Source: Gekko japonicus (Eukaryota). From it: DNA of 64,000 nt. The notes beneath the pieces are model-generated. The model was not told the origin of the DNA. It ran no database searches and saw only the letters and a program-made list of their open reading frames with translations. Below, piece after piece: positions 38,586 through 52,548 of this stretch. The stretch covers positions 478,813 through 542,812 of the forward strand of contig NW_015173165.1 of NCBI RefSeq assembly GCF_001447785.1, in the 5' to 3' direction. Each line of letters opens with the position of its first letter. Positions within the stretch are counted from its first letter, which is position 1. A program made the position numbers and the translations under genes.

Positions 38586-38591
38586 TTTATT
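38586..38591 (-). terminator. Candidate FAM118B polyadenylation signal
   Basis: tttatt on plus = AATAAA on minus, ~500 bp downstream of the last-exon acceptor. Confidence 0.55.
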
Positions 38592-39094
38592 ACAGCCTCA
38601 GACATATAAAACACCATATAAAGAAGGACTAGAAAACTAGAGCTTCAAGTCATCTTTTTAAAAAAAACGCTCATGTTTCAGTCAAAACACTTACAGAGTA
38701 CCAAAAGCACTAAGTAGCAAACTCTTGGGCAAGGAGAACCACCAGATCTCCCTGCAGAAACCATCTTAAATAGAAAAAGGACATTGCATGGATGCAGACG
38801 AGTCTTCGTGCCCGAGTCAGGAGCGTTGTGTCAAGTCAAGGAGTTTCTCGTGTCAGGGCAGCAGCCAGAACCCGGGCACGTCAAGAACCAGCCGCAGAGA
38901 AAGTAATGCTTCATTTTTCCTTCCGGAGTGACCTTGAGAGCCATGTGCCCTACTGAGCCGCCCGGTACCTTACTTTCGGTTGTCAGCATAAGGATTAACC
39001 TGTAGCGCCCAGGGGGCTTGGCCAGCTCCGGAGCTGCACTCTGAACAGAGGTCAGGGTCTTCCGTCATCTGGGTGGGTACTGCAGACCCTGCCC

Positions 39095-39099
39095 TTAAA
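39095..39099 (-). CDS. FAM118B: FAM118B terminal exon, coding part (ambiguous; most literal reading ends ...EMKV*)
   Basis: Pyrimidine tract then ctttag|tt taa; alternative acceptor before 39088; a CST remnant lies in another frame. Confidence 0.4.
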
Positions 39100-39158
39100 C
39101 TAAAGCAACAGGAAACATTCTTTAAAAAAAACACCTTTAACAACTAGAGAGGTTTGGT

Positions 39159-39287
39159 GGTTGTTCAGTCGCACAGTCGAGTCCGACTCTTCGCGACCCC
39201 ATGGACCAGATCATGCCAGGCCTTCCGGTTTTCCGCCGTCCTCTGAAGTTTGCTCAACTTCATGTTCATTGCATCTATGACCTCTAT
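39159..39287 (-). mobile_element. BovB/RTE LINE 3' fragment
   Basis: BovB-type tail; 12-bp TSD gagaggtttggt at 39147-39158 and 39288-39299. Confidence 0.82.
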
Positions 39288-40327
39288 GAGAGGTTTGGTA
39301 ACAGACAGCTAATATACCGGGGTGGGTGGGTGTTAAATGAACACCTTGCAACTCTTTCTCCATAGTTGAATCAGTCCTTGTGGCTACACATTCAATACCT
39401 GTTATATGAAGTACTCTTCTAAAATCACTTTGAGATGCATCGCACAAGATGTGCCCTGCTTGATCAGACCAGTGGTCAATATAGTTCATGATCTTATTTC
39501 TCACAGTAGCTGATCCATCAGGGCAGAGAGGCCAAGGCCAGCTAATATTCACAGGTTTACTGCCTGTCACTATGGAGGTTCCCTTCTGCCATCCTGGCTC
39601 GTCTCCATTGATAGACCCATGAGAATATTTAGTTTTGGAGGGGGGCAAACATGCCCAAGAGAACTGTTATCTCTCCTTGCTTATGTGCCCAAACTAGTAC
39701 GTGTAGATCTTGCCTATGAGTTCCTGATGCTGGAAGAGTTAAAATATCGTGAGGTGGGGGGGATCTACAGAGAAGCACAGTCAAATTCAGGCCATTTTTT
39801 TTTCTTGCACTTGTGTAAGAGTAGCCTTTTAGTGCTGCTGATTATTTAGTGGTGGGAAGGTATTCCACGTAAACCCGTTGCAATCACTGGAAGACACATT
39901 ATTCTAATCTAGGTCTTCACTTTCACTGCACATAGGGATTTCTCTAATCTATTTTAACTGACAAAGCTAGCTTTCCAAGCTCATTTTTTGTTCTCTACTT
40001 TATATTTCTTTTGCAAGAGCAGCACACAATGCATGGAAGATCCACCCCACCAGTGCTGGAATTAGCTCAACTGACATGCTCCACGACTCCCTCATCCTTG
40101 TTCCTCTGATCCTCTGCTGTCATAAAAGCTGGGAAGGAGCTCTTTTAAATGCATCCCCTGTTCTTCCTAAGGATGCTTCTGCCAAATGCCTTCCTCTGTG
40201 CTAACTCCTGAGTCCTCATCACACATCCCACGGATGTACTGTTTCAGCACCTAAGGTAGCTGCTGGTTGGCAAGACCTGTCTGTTCAAAGCTGGCCTTAG
40301 GGAGAGACTATTAAGTAAACACCTTAC

Positions 40328-40384
40328 CTTTCATTTCAGTGTGTGTTCCAGCTGTGCCATTTAGCTGTCCTTCTCGAGGCAGAC
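40328..40384 (-). CDS. FAM118B: FAM118B coding exon 6
   Basis: GLPREGQLNGTAGTHTEMK; cag|...|gtaagg; 57 bp. Confidence 0.9.
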
Positions 40385-40528
40385 CTGGCAGATTGGGGGG
40401 GAAAGTCCAGTGATTGGAGGGTGGCAGATCAGCTACTAGTTTCACCCGAACACAGACTGGACTACAAGAGAGGTCAGGGATCAGCCTGCACTTGTGACAA
40501 CCACCCATTTCAAAACTGCTTCCCTGTG

Positions 40529-40766
40529 CCCTGATCTGGGCAGCCCAGGCAAGCCCGGCCTCATCAGATCTCGGAAGCTAAGCAAGTACTTGGTTGGGAG
40601 ACCTCCTTGGAATACCAGCAGTCAGGAGGCGGGGGCAGGCTTTATTCAGCCACTTCTCTGAATATCCTCCAGGCCCCCAGTAGGGGTCTGTCACCAGAGG
40701 TCATCATGACTTCCAGGTGTACACACACGTGCACATATAAAAAAATATAACCCACCCCCCAAAAAC
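40529..40766 (+). mobile_element. 5S rRNA-derived SINE with TSD
   Basis: agatctcggaagctaagc...gtacttggttgggagacc...ggaatacc; 13-bp TSD ctgcttccctgtg at 40516-40528 and 40767-40779. Confidence 0.75.
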
Positions 40767-42158
40767 CTGCTTCCCTGTGATGGAACAGACGTGGTCAGTT
40801 CCACAAGTGGCCGTTGTTTAATACACTGGAAGAGGCCATACCCCCAAGTGCATTCATCACTCTAATCTGCCATTTATAAGAAGCTCTGCTACACATTTGG
40901 AAAACGTTAGCAGTAATGCTGCATCTCATCTGCATACTTGTGTTTTAGAGGGGTGGAGGTTTCCCCCCACCAGCACACACACGCTCTCCTCCTCAGTATG
41001 GTACTCGTGCACAGCTGAATTCCTTCTCTTTCAAGGCAAGCGGTGTATGGAATCCAAACGGATGGTAAAAATACCTCCCCGCAGGAGCATGCTACGTCTA
41101 CCTTGAAGCCCTGGAACCTTTCCATTGTTCCTCCAACCCAGCAAATCTACTGTTTCGCGCAAGTAGTTCAGTTTCTACGGAAGCCAAACTGAGACGGAAT
41201 CCACAGTTTGGTAACAAACTCAGATCTATTATGTCATCTCTGTTCTGCTTAAACTAAGCGTTTGCCTCTTGGAGTCTGGTAGTGTTCAGAATTCTCACCC
41301 ACACACACACCCCCAAAAATTCTTCCTACCAGTGGCATGTTGCAATACAACGAATATTCCAATTATAAAACAGAACGGTTTCAGAGGGTTGCTGTGTTGG
41401 ACTGCAGCAGAACAGCTAAATTCCAGTCCAGTAGCACCTCAAGAGACCAAGAAGACCGCCAAGGTTTAAGCTTTGACCCTCAAAAGCTTATTCCCTGAAA
41501 ATCTTGTTGGTTTCTACAGTGCTACTGGACCCCAATATAGAGAACAGAAATCTAGTTTGGCACCCTTCAGGAACTGGGATGGCCGAACCGGAGGCCAGTC
41601 TAGATGGCAGCCTATGGGGCTGGATGTGGATTCTACTGCCCAATCCAGCCCCATCTTGGGTGATCAAAATCAGTGGTACCCTTGAGTAAGGGTACTGCGT
41701 TACAGAGCACACAGTCAGAAGGTATGTACCCTGTAGAACAAAACCATTAAAGCTCTGGGCCAAGAAATCCAGAATCCTGCAACAGCTTCAATAAATTATG
41801 CAAAGAAGATTCTTTGCTTGATTTAAGCATTTTAACTAATTCATGGTGATTCTGCTATCACAAGGAGGACCATGAAGCCTCATCATCCACAGCCATGTCT
41901 ATGGCCTCTACTGTGTCCTAACAGGAATTCCCCACCTACCTTCTAGCCATGAGGACTAGAACTTCGCCTTTTGTTTTTCCAATGAAAGCAAAGCTGAATC
42001 TAATATTGCTGCACTTACACACAGCATGTGCTTTATGTACAATTCCCAAGATGACATGCAAGACTGAAGCTGCAGAACTTCCCCAGTCCTATCTTTTGCA
42101 AGGTACTTTCCCCACTTACAAGTAAAAAGAGGCAAGAAAAAAACCCACATTTTGATTA

Positions 42159-42584
<426 letters not shown>

Positions 42585-43703
42585 CTAGAATTGGGAGGAA
42601 GCAAGAGGTCAGCTTGGCTTGTTCCTTGTTGCCAAAGCAGTACCTGCAGCCCAACACAGATCAGCCAGTCTATACAATCTATACAAATCAGAGCTCAGTG
42701 CTTACCCAGGCAGAGTCACTATGCTATGGAAAGATGCTTGCAAGAGGAACCTATAAAAGACTCATGCGGTTGAGGCTGGTTCAACCTATTGCTCTCCAAA
42801 AGGAGGAACCACATGCCTCAATCTCTCTCTGCTTGTTCTGAAATGCTGGAGGAGTGACCAAGTTCCCTTCTAAGACCACCTATGCAGAAGAAAAGAGCAA
42901 GAGTCCACTAGGACCTTAAAGACGAACAAAATGCTTGGCAGGGCATGAGCTTTCATGAGTCACTGCTCACTTCTTCAGATAGACCTTGGATCTAGCACCT
43001 ATGCAGAGATTAGGATGGAAGGATGGAATTGCTTTCCTTTGCACCCCCCACAGGAAAAGGCGGAGAAACTGCATTCTTATTCCAAGTAGCAAACTGGCCC
43101 AGTCCTTCCCTAGTACGATATATTACTGATATTTTATATTCTCCAGGGTAATTTTGAGCTGTCAAAAGACTCAGACAGAGCCTGATCAGTGCTGTTAACG
43201 TTGGAGAAAATGGGAGCTCCCGGCCCTCAACTCTGCCAGTTGATCAGTGACGGCTAGTTGCTCAGAGTCTAGAAAGGCTTTAAAGGGACGGAGTAAGCTC
43301 TCCTCAGTGGAATGCACAGATGTAGCGGTCCCGATTTGAGTCTTTGGAAGGAATAGCTCGGCGGTCCTCCCAACTAATTAGATCCTTGGTTAAGGCCCGG
43401 CCAGGTTCTCTTTCAGTGTCCGAAATTAAAGATATAAGGGTATTTGCAAAGGGGATTCTTTTGTTAATGAGAGTACAGATAATGTAATGTAGTACACATC
43501 ATATAACACAATAATGTAGCATCTTGCCCTGCATTCATTTCATCTGGCAACAGCTCTTTCCTTTTAGGGCACACATCAAGTGACAAACAGCAGCTTTAAG
43601 GCTTTCCCTTGTTGGTCCGGTTGAGGACCTCCTCATCCCCTCTAGGACAGTGAAGCATGGCAACAGAGTCCTAAAAGCCTCTCCAGTCCTGTTCACCCTA
43701 AGC

Positions 43704-44536
43704 CAGGGGTGTCAGGCATACGGCCCAGGGGCCGGAACTGGCCCGGCCAGGGCTTTTATGCGGCCCGTGAGCAACTAGTGCAACGGAGGGAACAGGAGAC
43801 TGTTCAGGGGAGTGGGCAGAGCGACTCCAATTGCATGGCAGAACAACCTCATCTGTAGCAGTCAAGCAGCGTGAGAACTGCACTGCATGTCCAGTGCTGC
43901 ACTACTGGCTCTCCAGTCCACCCATACAGGTTTTCCTTTGCACCCTCCTCCCAGTCCATGGGGCCTTGCAGTGAGGACACACCAACTCGGAGCTTACCAG
44001 CTGCGGTCCTTTATGCAGTTTATATCTCCAGGACCTAGCATTATGTTTTATGGCACACACTAGAAATAAGGCCCGTTGTGGAAATAAATACAACGAGATC
44101 TAGAAAGAGGCTCTGGGAGAGTGCTCTGGCTTTGGGCAAACAGTGTCAGTCTGCTTTTAAAACATGAACCTGGGACCTGCACACCACCAGAATACAGCAG
44201 ATTCCATATGCAACTGACATTCCAACTGCCTTGCGGGGGGGGGGGAGTTTGAGGTGTGGAATGGAGTGAAGTCCAATCAGCTTCCATATGCAAAAGACCA
44301 GGTTGTCGCAGCAGTTGTGGTGTGGGCGGGACCCGGGCTTTGCCTTCTGATTGGTGGCGATATATGCTGAGGAGCAGTGCCATCAGCCATACACTAAGGG
44401 AGTGCATTTTAGAATTAGAACTTTGGCACCCACTATTCAATTATTATATATAAAGGAGAGATGGCCTTGGCCCAACCGGACAAAGTGACATTTATGTCAA
44501 ATCCAGCCCTTGTAACAAATGAGTTCGACACCTCTG
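43704..44536. mobile_element. Non-autonomous hAT-type element
   Basis: TIRs caggggtgtc...gacacctctg; TSD ccctaagc/ctctaagc. Confidence 0.85.
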
Positions 44537-45797
44537 CTCTAAGCCAAGCCACACTAGGGTAGGGAAGAAGCACTGCCACCAAGGTTCAGTGAGTAGGAAC
44601 TCAAGGAGAACTCCTTAGCAGCCCCAGATACGACAATCCATCACATCCCATGCATGAGCAAATCTGATCCGCAGCACCGAACACATTTCACACACACCAC
44701 CATCTTTGAGAATGTTTGATTTGCATGATTTACACATGGATGGATGTTTCAGTCTTCGAGGATATTTGGTTGCTCTTCTGAAAGAATATTATGCAGCAAA
44801 GTAGACTTCAAAACCTGGACACTGCTGAATTAGAATTCATGAGCAGGTCTGACAACATCAAACAGGGGCTCAACAGTCTTGGACGTTTCTGACTCTATAA
44901 GTGGATGACATAACTAAATGGTCTGTAGACATGAACAGGAGTCTTGTGGCACCTTAAAGACTACCAAGTTCAATAGCAGTTAACTGGTGAACAGTCTCTA
45001 TACTCTTCATTACATCTGAATGTTTCATAATTACATCTCACCTTGTACTTCTTGCATTTCACGACCCTTTGATTTTTTAAAAAATCTTTACTCTGCCTAA
45101 TGAGATCCCACTACATGAACACACATGAAGCTGCGTGTCTCTCAAGGTTGGTATGGTTTACTCTGGCTGGCAGCCGCTCTGGGAATGCTCACTCACTGGG
45201 TGTATCTGTATATTTCTCAGCTCTGCAAGGAAGCATTACAAACTCAGCCTTTTAAGACCACAGCTCACACTTTTTCCTTTCTTCTCCCTGTATAAAAAGT
45301 CCGGCTGATTGAGGATTCACTTCACTGCATCTGAAGAAGTAAGCTCAAGCCTAGGGTAGCTTATGCTACAAAACAAATGTTAGTATTTAAAGGTACCAAA
45401 GGACCCATGTAATATCTTAAGTGTCTCAGAATTTCTTTTGTTAGCTGCTACAGAAACCACTGCTGACTGATAGACATACACGTTTCGGAATGAGTACAAT
45501 TTTTACTGGTCCCAACTTGGCAACCCAGTTGAACTCTAGCGGCATGCCAACAATATCTTTCCGTTTGGCCAACTGCGTGAGAACATGGATGCATCCAATG
45601 CACGGCCCGTTCAAAGCAATACAGCAGTGACAGATTGTATCTTCACTCAGACATGTACTGGAACATGCATCTAATGAGCAATATGTAGGCATTTATGTAT
45701 GCCTATGTGCAAAGTTTATCTACACATATAGTTTGAGGCCTCCATCTCCATCTTGGCAATCCCTGACCTTTAGAAGACTGAGTCTAGCCCTGGGCTA

Positions 45798-46043
<246 letters not shown>

Positions 46044-46185
46044 CTATTATTTGAGGGGGGGAAAGACAGAAGAAATGCTCTACATTCAAAATGAAATTTG
46101 CTATAAAGGACCAGTCCATCTGGTTTCTCTAAAAGACTGACCTTGGCCAAGAGGTTAGCAGTTCAAGACAGGCCACTAACAGGAA

Positions 46186-46352
46186 NNNNNNNNNNNNNNN
46201 NNNNNNNNNNNNNNNNNNNNNNNNNNNNNNNNNNNNNNNNNNNNNNNNNNNNNNNNNNNNNNNNNNNNNNNNNNNNNNNNNNNNNNNNNNNNNNNNNNNN
46301 NNNNNNNNNNNNNNNNNNNNNNNNNNNNNNNNNNNNNNNNNNNNNNNNNNNN
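46186..46352. other. Assembly gap
   Basis: Run of N. Confidence 1.
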
Positions 46353-47035
46353 TCGTCTCTCTCCAGGCCTGCATGCCAGGAATTCAGCACTGTGTGGATG
46401 TGTTTACAGTTCTCTATCTCAAAGGAACTCTCTGCGTCTACAAAGAAGATAAATCCTATACATCTGCAAACAATCTAAGACGAAGGAAGCTATTCCCAAG
46501 CTCTGCAAGTCAACTGGATTTAGTTCATCATTGCACTCAGTTGGATATGTTTACCGAGGACATTCTGAGACTCATGCTGGAATGCCAGCCGTGGTTCACT
46601 GGGGTCAGGAAGAATCGGGTTCTTTTTGCTTCCAGCTCTGCAGCATAAGAAACAGCATCCTGCCTTCGCAATGGCCGTGTAATAGAGACCTCTGCCTAAG
46701 GAAAGATCTTGCACACGGATACTGCCTCACATTTCATCTTTTGCAATATGACTTCAGTTTGGTGGGGGAACGTGCTGGCAAGTCACAGATGACTTATGGT
46801 GACCCTGGAGGGTTTTCAAGGCAAGAGACATTCAGAGGTGTGTTGCCACTGCCTGCCTCGGCATCTCAACCCTACTGTTCCTTGGAGGTCTCTCGTCCAA
46901 ATACTGACCCTGCTTAGCTTCCGAGATCTAATGAGATAATGCTAGCCTGGGTGTCACTCCGTTTAAGATTGCCTTATTATCATGGTTTTTAGTTGACTGC
47001 TTTATGCATTTCTCTGCAGTTTTTAATGCAGTTCT

Positions 47036-47138
47036 TTTAGGATTGACTGATTTGATCTCCTTGCAGTCCAGGGGACTCTCAAGAGTCTTCTCCAGCACCA
47101 TAGTTCAAAAAAATCTATTCTTCGGCGCTCAGCCTTCC
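47036..47138 (-). mobile_element. BovB internal fragment
   Basis: gatctccttgcagtccaggggactctcaagagtcttctccagcaccatagttcaaaa matches the recalled BovB consensus. Confidence 0.75.
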
Positions 47139-47677
47139 TACTACGATTCTTTAACTCGACCAGCTATCTGTCCTTCAGAACACCATGCCCTGCTGCTGCA
47201 CCTCTGTATCATGCCCAAAATTTCATGTGGAAAACATGGGGGCGGGGAAAATGACGCAACATGCAAATCTAGACAAATTTGACTAAGGTACATGATGTAG
47301 TTGGTTTACCTTAATGCTGAACTCCTTGCAGCAGAATGAATGTGTGTGTGGGGTGGGTGTATACACACACACACACTCATTACTTCCTTTGTACAACAAA
47401 AGCAGAATGAAAGGTGTGGGGGTTGTGTGTGTATAGATGTACGTATATACACATATATACATACACACAAAAAAAACACCTGTCATTCTGCTTCTGCTGT
47501 GCAAAGAAACTAAATTCTGAATTTACCGTGTTAGGCAGAGCAAACACATTCAGATTTTTCCCCCACATTTTTTTAAAAAAAGATGGTTGCTTTATTTCCA
47601 GTGTAAAATTCTGTACTTTTCTTTCCCTCTGCAACCACAAAGGAAGCTTTCTGAAAGCACTTCAATATTATTGGGGA

Positions 47678-48071
47678 CAGGGCTATTTTTGGGCAGGAAC
47701 GCACAGGAACGGAGTTCCAGCTGGCTCCTCAGTTGGCCACACCCAGCAGGAACTCATTAGCATAATAGGCCACACCTAACAGCAGACACTCATTAGGATT
47801 GGCTACATTAGGGGTGTGTGGCCTAACATGCAAAGGAGTTCCTGCTACAAAAAAAGCCCTGGGTTTTGACAACAAAGTAAACAGAATAAGAAGCAAAAGG
47901 AGGGTGTGGTTGGATGACCACACTTCTGGTAACACGTGGGGGTGTGGCCTAATATGCTAATGAGTGGTGCTGTCAGGGGTGTGGCCTAATATGCTAATGT
48001 GTTTCTGCTGTTCAGTGTGGCCTATTATGCTAATGAGTTCCTGCTGGGCTTTTTCTACAAAAAAACCCCTG
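47678..48071. mobile_element. Non-autonomous hAT-type element with ~37-bp internal repeats
   Basis: caggg...ccctg termini; perfect 8-bp TSD attgggga. Confidence 0.9.
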
Positions 48072-48515
48072 ATTGGGGATAACATTTCTAAGATCTGTGA
48101 GGTTGAAAATGACATTCATCTCATGCTGTCCGTTCTCAGCTGGCATTCCTCCCAAACATTGTACTACAAATATTCCCACCATTAGCCTGAAAAGTCATGT
48201 AGAAGAGAGACAGCAAAAATGCACATCGTGTGCGCAATGAAAATACACACTTGAAAAGATCCCCCACTGTTATTTACATGCCTTTTGTGTAAACTAGGCA
48301 CCAGGCCAAGTTTCAGCTTCAAGAAGCTAAATAAAACGGGGATGAGCTCTGCGTGTTTTATTAAGGTTTGCTCTTACGACCATCCCTGGCATTTGCCATT
48401 GTGTAGTGCAGCAACTGTTTGCAGGAAGAAAAACAATACAAAAAGAACTCTTGCCTCTCAGCAGCCTGGCAAAGAACCAGCTGCCAACACTGCTTGTTTT
48501 TAGAATGGCTTTCTA

Positions 48516-48953
<438 letters not shown>

Positions 48954-49250
48954 TTAATTTCAACAGCAGGGGGTAGAGATTTGTTTGCCAAGAGCTAGCA
49001 AACAGACAGAAGGACTTAAGACTGAAAAGCCTGCATATACTTATCTAAGAAAGTGCTTCATTGAGCACATTCAACTTTAATGAAGTACATAGATACCTGA
49101 GGCTCAGTTCAGACATAAAGTGAACCTATGATTTATTTTAATTACAGTTAGTTTGTGAAACAAGAATTTGGCTCCCAAACATTCAAATCCTGGCTGGGTT
49201 AACTTTTTCCCCTCTGACATTTGCAAACCATGCAGTTCTGCATGCAGTCA

Positions 49251-49619
<369 letters not shown>

Positions 49620-50094
49620 TTAAGAAAAATATTTACAAAAGAACTGGCCTGCGGGATCAGACCAATGTTCCACCTAGTCAAGCATCTAGTCTACCACACA
49701 GTGCCAAACCAACTGAACCTGGAGGGCCAAAAAAACTGGGCATAGAGGCCAAGGCCTTTCCCTGATTATGCTTCCTAGCACTAATCTTTAAAGCTTAACT
49801 GCGTCTGAATATGGAAATTCCCTTCAGTCACCATGGCTATTAGCCACAAAGGGATCCATCCTTCATGAATCTGTCTACTTCCTTTTTAAACCCATATATC
49901 CTAGTGGCCCTCCTCTAGGTCATTTGACAGTGAATTCCATGTTTGATCTTTCAGTGAAGCACTTCCATTTATTTATTTTGAATCCATCACCCATCAACTT
50001 CATTGGGTGCCGCTAGGTTCTAAAGCGATTTACAAGATTACCACAAAAGAAAAAAAATGTCTGAAACAATAAAACAGATAAAAAGGCCATGGAG

Positions 50095-50314
50095 CGATTT
50101 TGGAACACTCTCTCTAGAGAAGTTTGGCAGGCAATGACCTTCTTTTGTGTGCCAAAGTAATGACTTCTGCTGCTATGTGGCAGTATGAAAGTCAAACAGA
50201 AGTAAAAACAAAACTTCAAGAAAAACTGCCACGTAACAGCAGAAGTTATTACTTTGGCACACAAAAGGAGGTCAGTGTGTGCAAAGGTTATCTAGAGAGG
50301 GTGTTCCAAAACCG
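50095..50314. repeat. Imperfect inverted repeat, ~90-bp arms
   Basis: 50095-50184 is the reverse complement of 50225-50314. Confidence 0.8.
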
Positions 50315-51325
50315 GGTTTGCCACCAGTAACAAAGGGATGTGAAGGTCCAGAAACAAATAAAAAAAATAAGGGAGAGTGACTTTTCTCTGAGCCCCCCCC
50401 CTTTTCCAGTGGAAAAACTGAGGATTTGAGGGGAGTTCTAAAAAAACCCAAACTTCGTATGAAGTATTTAACTTTTAGAATAAGTGCAACAATTCTTAAG
50501 GCAGAGTTTTTCCACACTCAAAACATATAGCATGAACAAGCCTGAAGACTTTTTCAATTTTTCCAATGGAAGAATTGGGAAATTTCAGGGAGCCCTGAAA
50601 AAACTTTCTATGAAATATTTTCCCTTTTTGAGTAAGAAAACACATTTTAGAAAGTGTTTCACTCATTCCAAATGTACAGCATGGCTTAGAGCCATTTAAA
50701 CCCCTGCTTTTTGCTCCCAGCAAAAAACAGCTGAGCAGAAAGCAGGGGTGGCTTAAGCCCCATCTTTCTGTTCTTCACAAGCCACCACGAATTGCCTTAA
50801 CATTCATGGAAATTCATGGCAGCTCTTCAGTTTGCGAACTTTGCCCAGAGCCATTTAACCCCCTGCTTTCTGCTCCCTGTAAAAAGCACCAGGGAGCAGA
50901 AAGCAGGGGACACGAACCGCCACGAACCAGTTTGGTTCACGAACCAACCTCCTGGTTCATATTGGTTTGTGGTTCGGTTCATGGTTCGGCCACAAACCAC
51001 AAACTGAACCTCAAAAATGCGGTTTGTGCCCATTCCTATATGGAACTGTTCGTGGCACTGCCACCCTGCCCCAAGAACTGGAATACTACTGAATTACTAT
51101 TAACCCCAAGTACTGTACTTGGATGATATTTTATAGTACAGGTTCAAAATATATCAAGCCATCCATTTTATGAGAGCAGTTTCATATCCTACCACAGAGA
51201 ACGTCTGATAGTAGTTTACAAAACAATAACTGAAGGTAAAAGATTAAAATTACTTCTTGAAATAACCTATATGGTCATGTAAAATGCTGACATTTTTTCC
51301 CAATGCACTACATTGTGATGCTTAC

Positions 51326-51402
51326 CTGGGCTTTTTTGTGGGGGGAATCCCATCTTTCAACAAGGCTTCTTTATCCAGAGTCAGACTCACATTAGAAGCC
51401 AT
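51326..51402 (-). CDS. FAM118B: FAM118B first coding exon
   Basis: MASNVSLTLDKEALLKDGIPPTKKP(R); acceptor before 51409, donor |gtaagc, phase 2. Confidence 0.92.
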
Positions 51403-52101
51403 CCAGTTTCTGGAAGGCAAACAGAAGAAACACAAGCTAAGGGGGAGCAAACTTAGAGGAACTAAGAAACAACTTAGACAAACAAGAAAAACTAATCAAG
51501 AAACAGCACTGATGTCTATAATCTCTTGTCCCTTCACTGTTATCCAAAGAATATGCTGTCCATAGTGAGTCCCAGATCTTAGTCTTAACTAAGACAGCAT
51601 TTTAAGGGTAACCAAAGAGAGTTATCTTGCGGAAATGTGTGTTGCAATTCACAGTGAACTGTCCCTTGAAACTGAAAGGTGGTCTTGTGGCACAGCTGAA
51701 AAGGCAGCTGTGACTCACAGGCTAGTACTGACAAATCACAGGTCACAGTTTTACTGTGTTTTGCATGTTTTAAGTTAAGCTGCCTTAAGCCATGGAGAAA
51801 AGTGAGGTAAAACTACTTTAATTAATCAATAAAAGATCTCAGCTGTTTATTCATTTATATATCTCCCCTTTCTCTTGACAGTCAGTCCCAAAGACAGGTA
51901 ACAACAACGCATGCAAAAATAAGATGGAGCCCATATGTATAATTTTCCAGCTCCTCCTTAAGCTCTGTTTTACAGTCTCACTGGAAGGCCCCAAGGGCTG
52001 GCACCTGCCTCACCCCACCCCACTCAATCCCTTCCCCTGAGCTGCACACATGACTCTTCTCCCTTCTGCCCTAGGCTGGGTTGAGAGAGAGCACAGCTGA
52101 C

Positions 52102-52548
52102 TAGGAATGGGCATGAACCTGCCCACGACCCTAAGTTCGGCACCACCATCACCCAGGTCATAGTTAGTGAACCAAGGTCAGTGTGAGCTCGCCTCCATGA
52201 CCTTCCATGGGTTTTTGGGGAGGTTCATGCAGCTTGTGGTAGGAAAGGGTGTGTGTGAAAGGGATAGCTGAAACAGCTTGCATCTATTTCAGCCCTAACA
52301 GTGGGGCTGGTGTGCCCATCAGTTATTAGGCTGAAACAGATGCAAGCCCCCGCTTCCAAGAGTGGGGGGGAGTGAAATGGACAGGTTTAATGGCTCACAT
52401 TTAACCCCCCCATTCTCTCAGTTGTGGCTGACTGCGGCCAGGAGAACCAATTGGTTCGGTTCAGGCATTATTATTATTTTTTGCCTGGTTCGGTTCAAGC
52501 ACACCCCAAAGCCCTGAAGTAGAATTTTCTGGTTCATGCCCATCCCTG
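52102..52548. mobile_element. TIR element (hAT-like), degenerate
   Basis: taggaatgggcatgaacc...ggttcatgcccatccctg; gaacc/ggttc repeats; related end at ~50900-51040; TSD unclear. Confidence 0.65.

Noticed and set aside
43190-43700. Possible LTR-like host sequence around the 43704 hAT element
   Set aside because: No definable termini or TSD
47740-48050. Regular ~37-bp repeats superficially like a CRISPR array
   Set aside because: Eukaryotic DNA, no unique spacers, enclosed by TIRs and an 8-bp TSD
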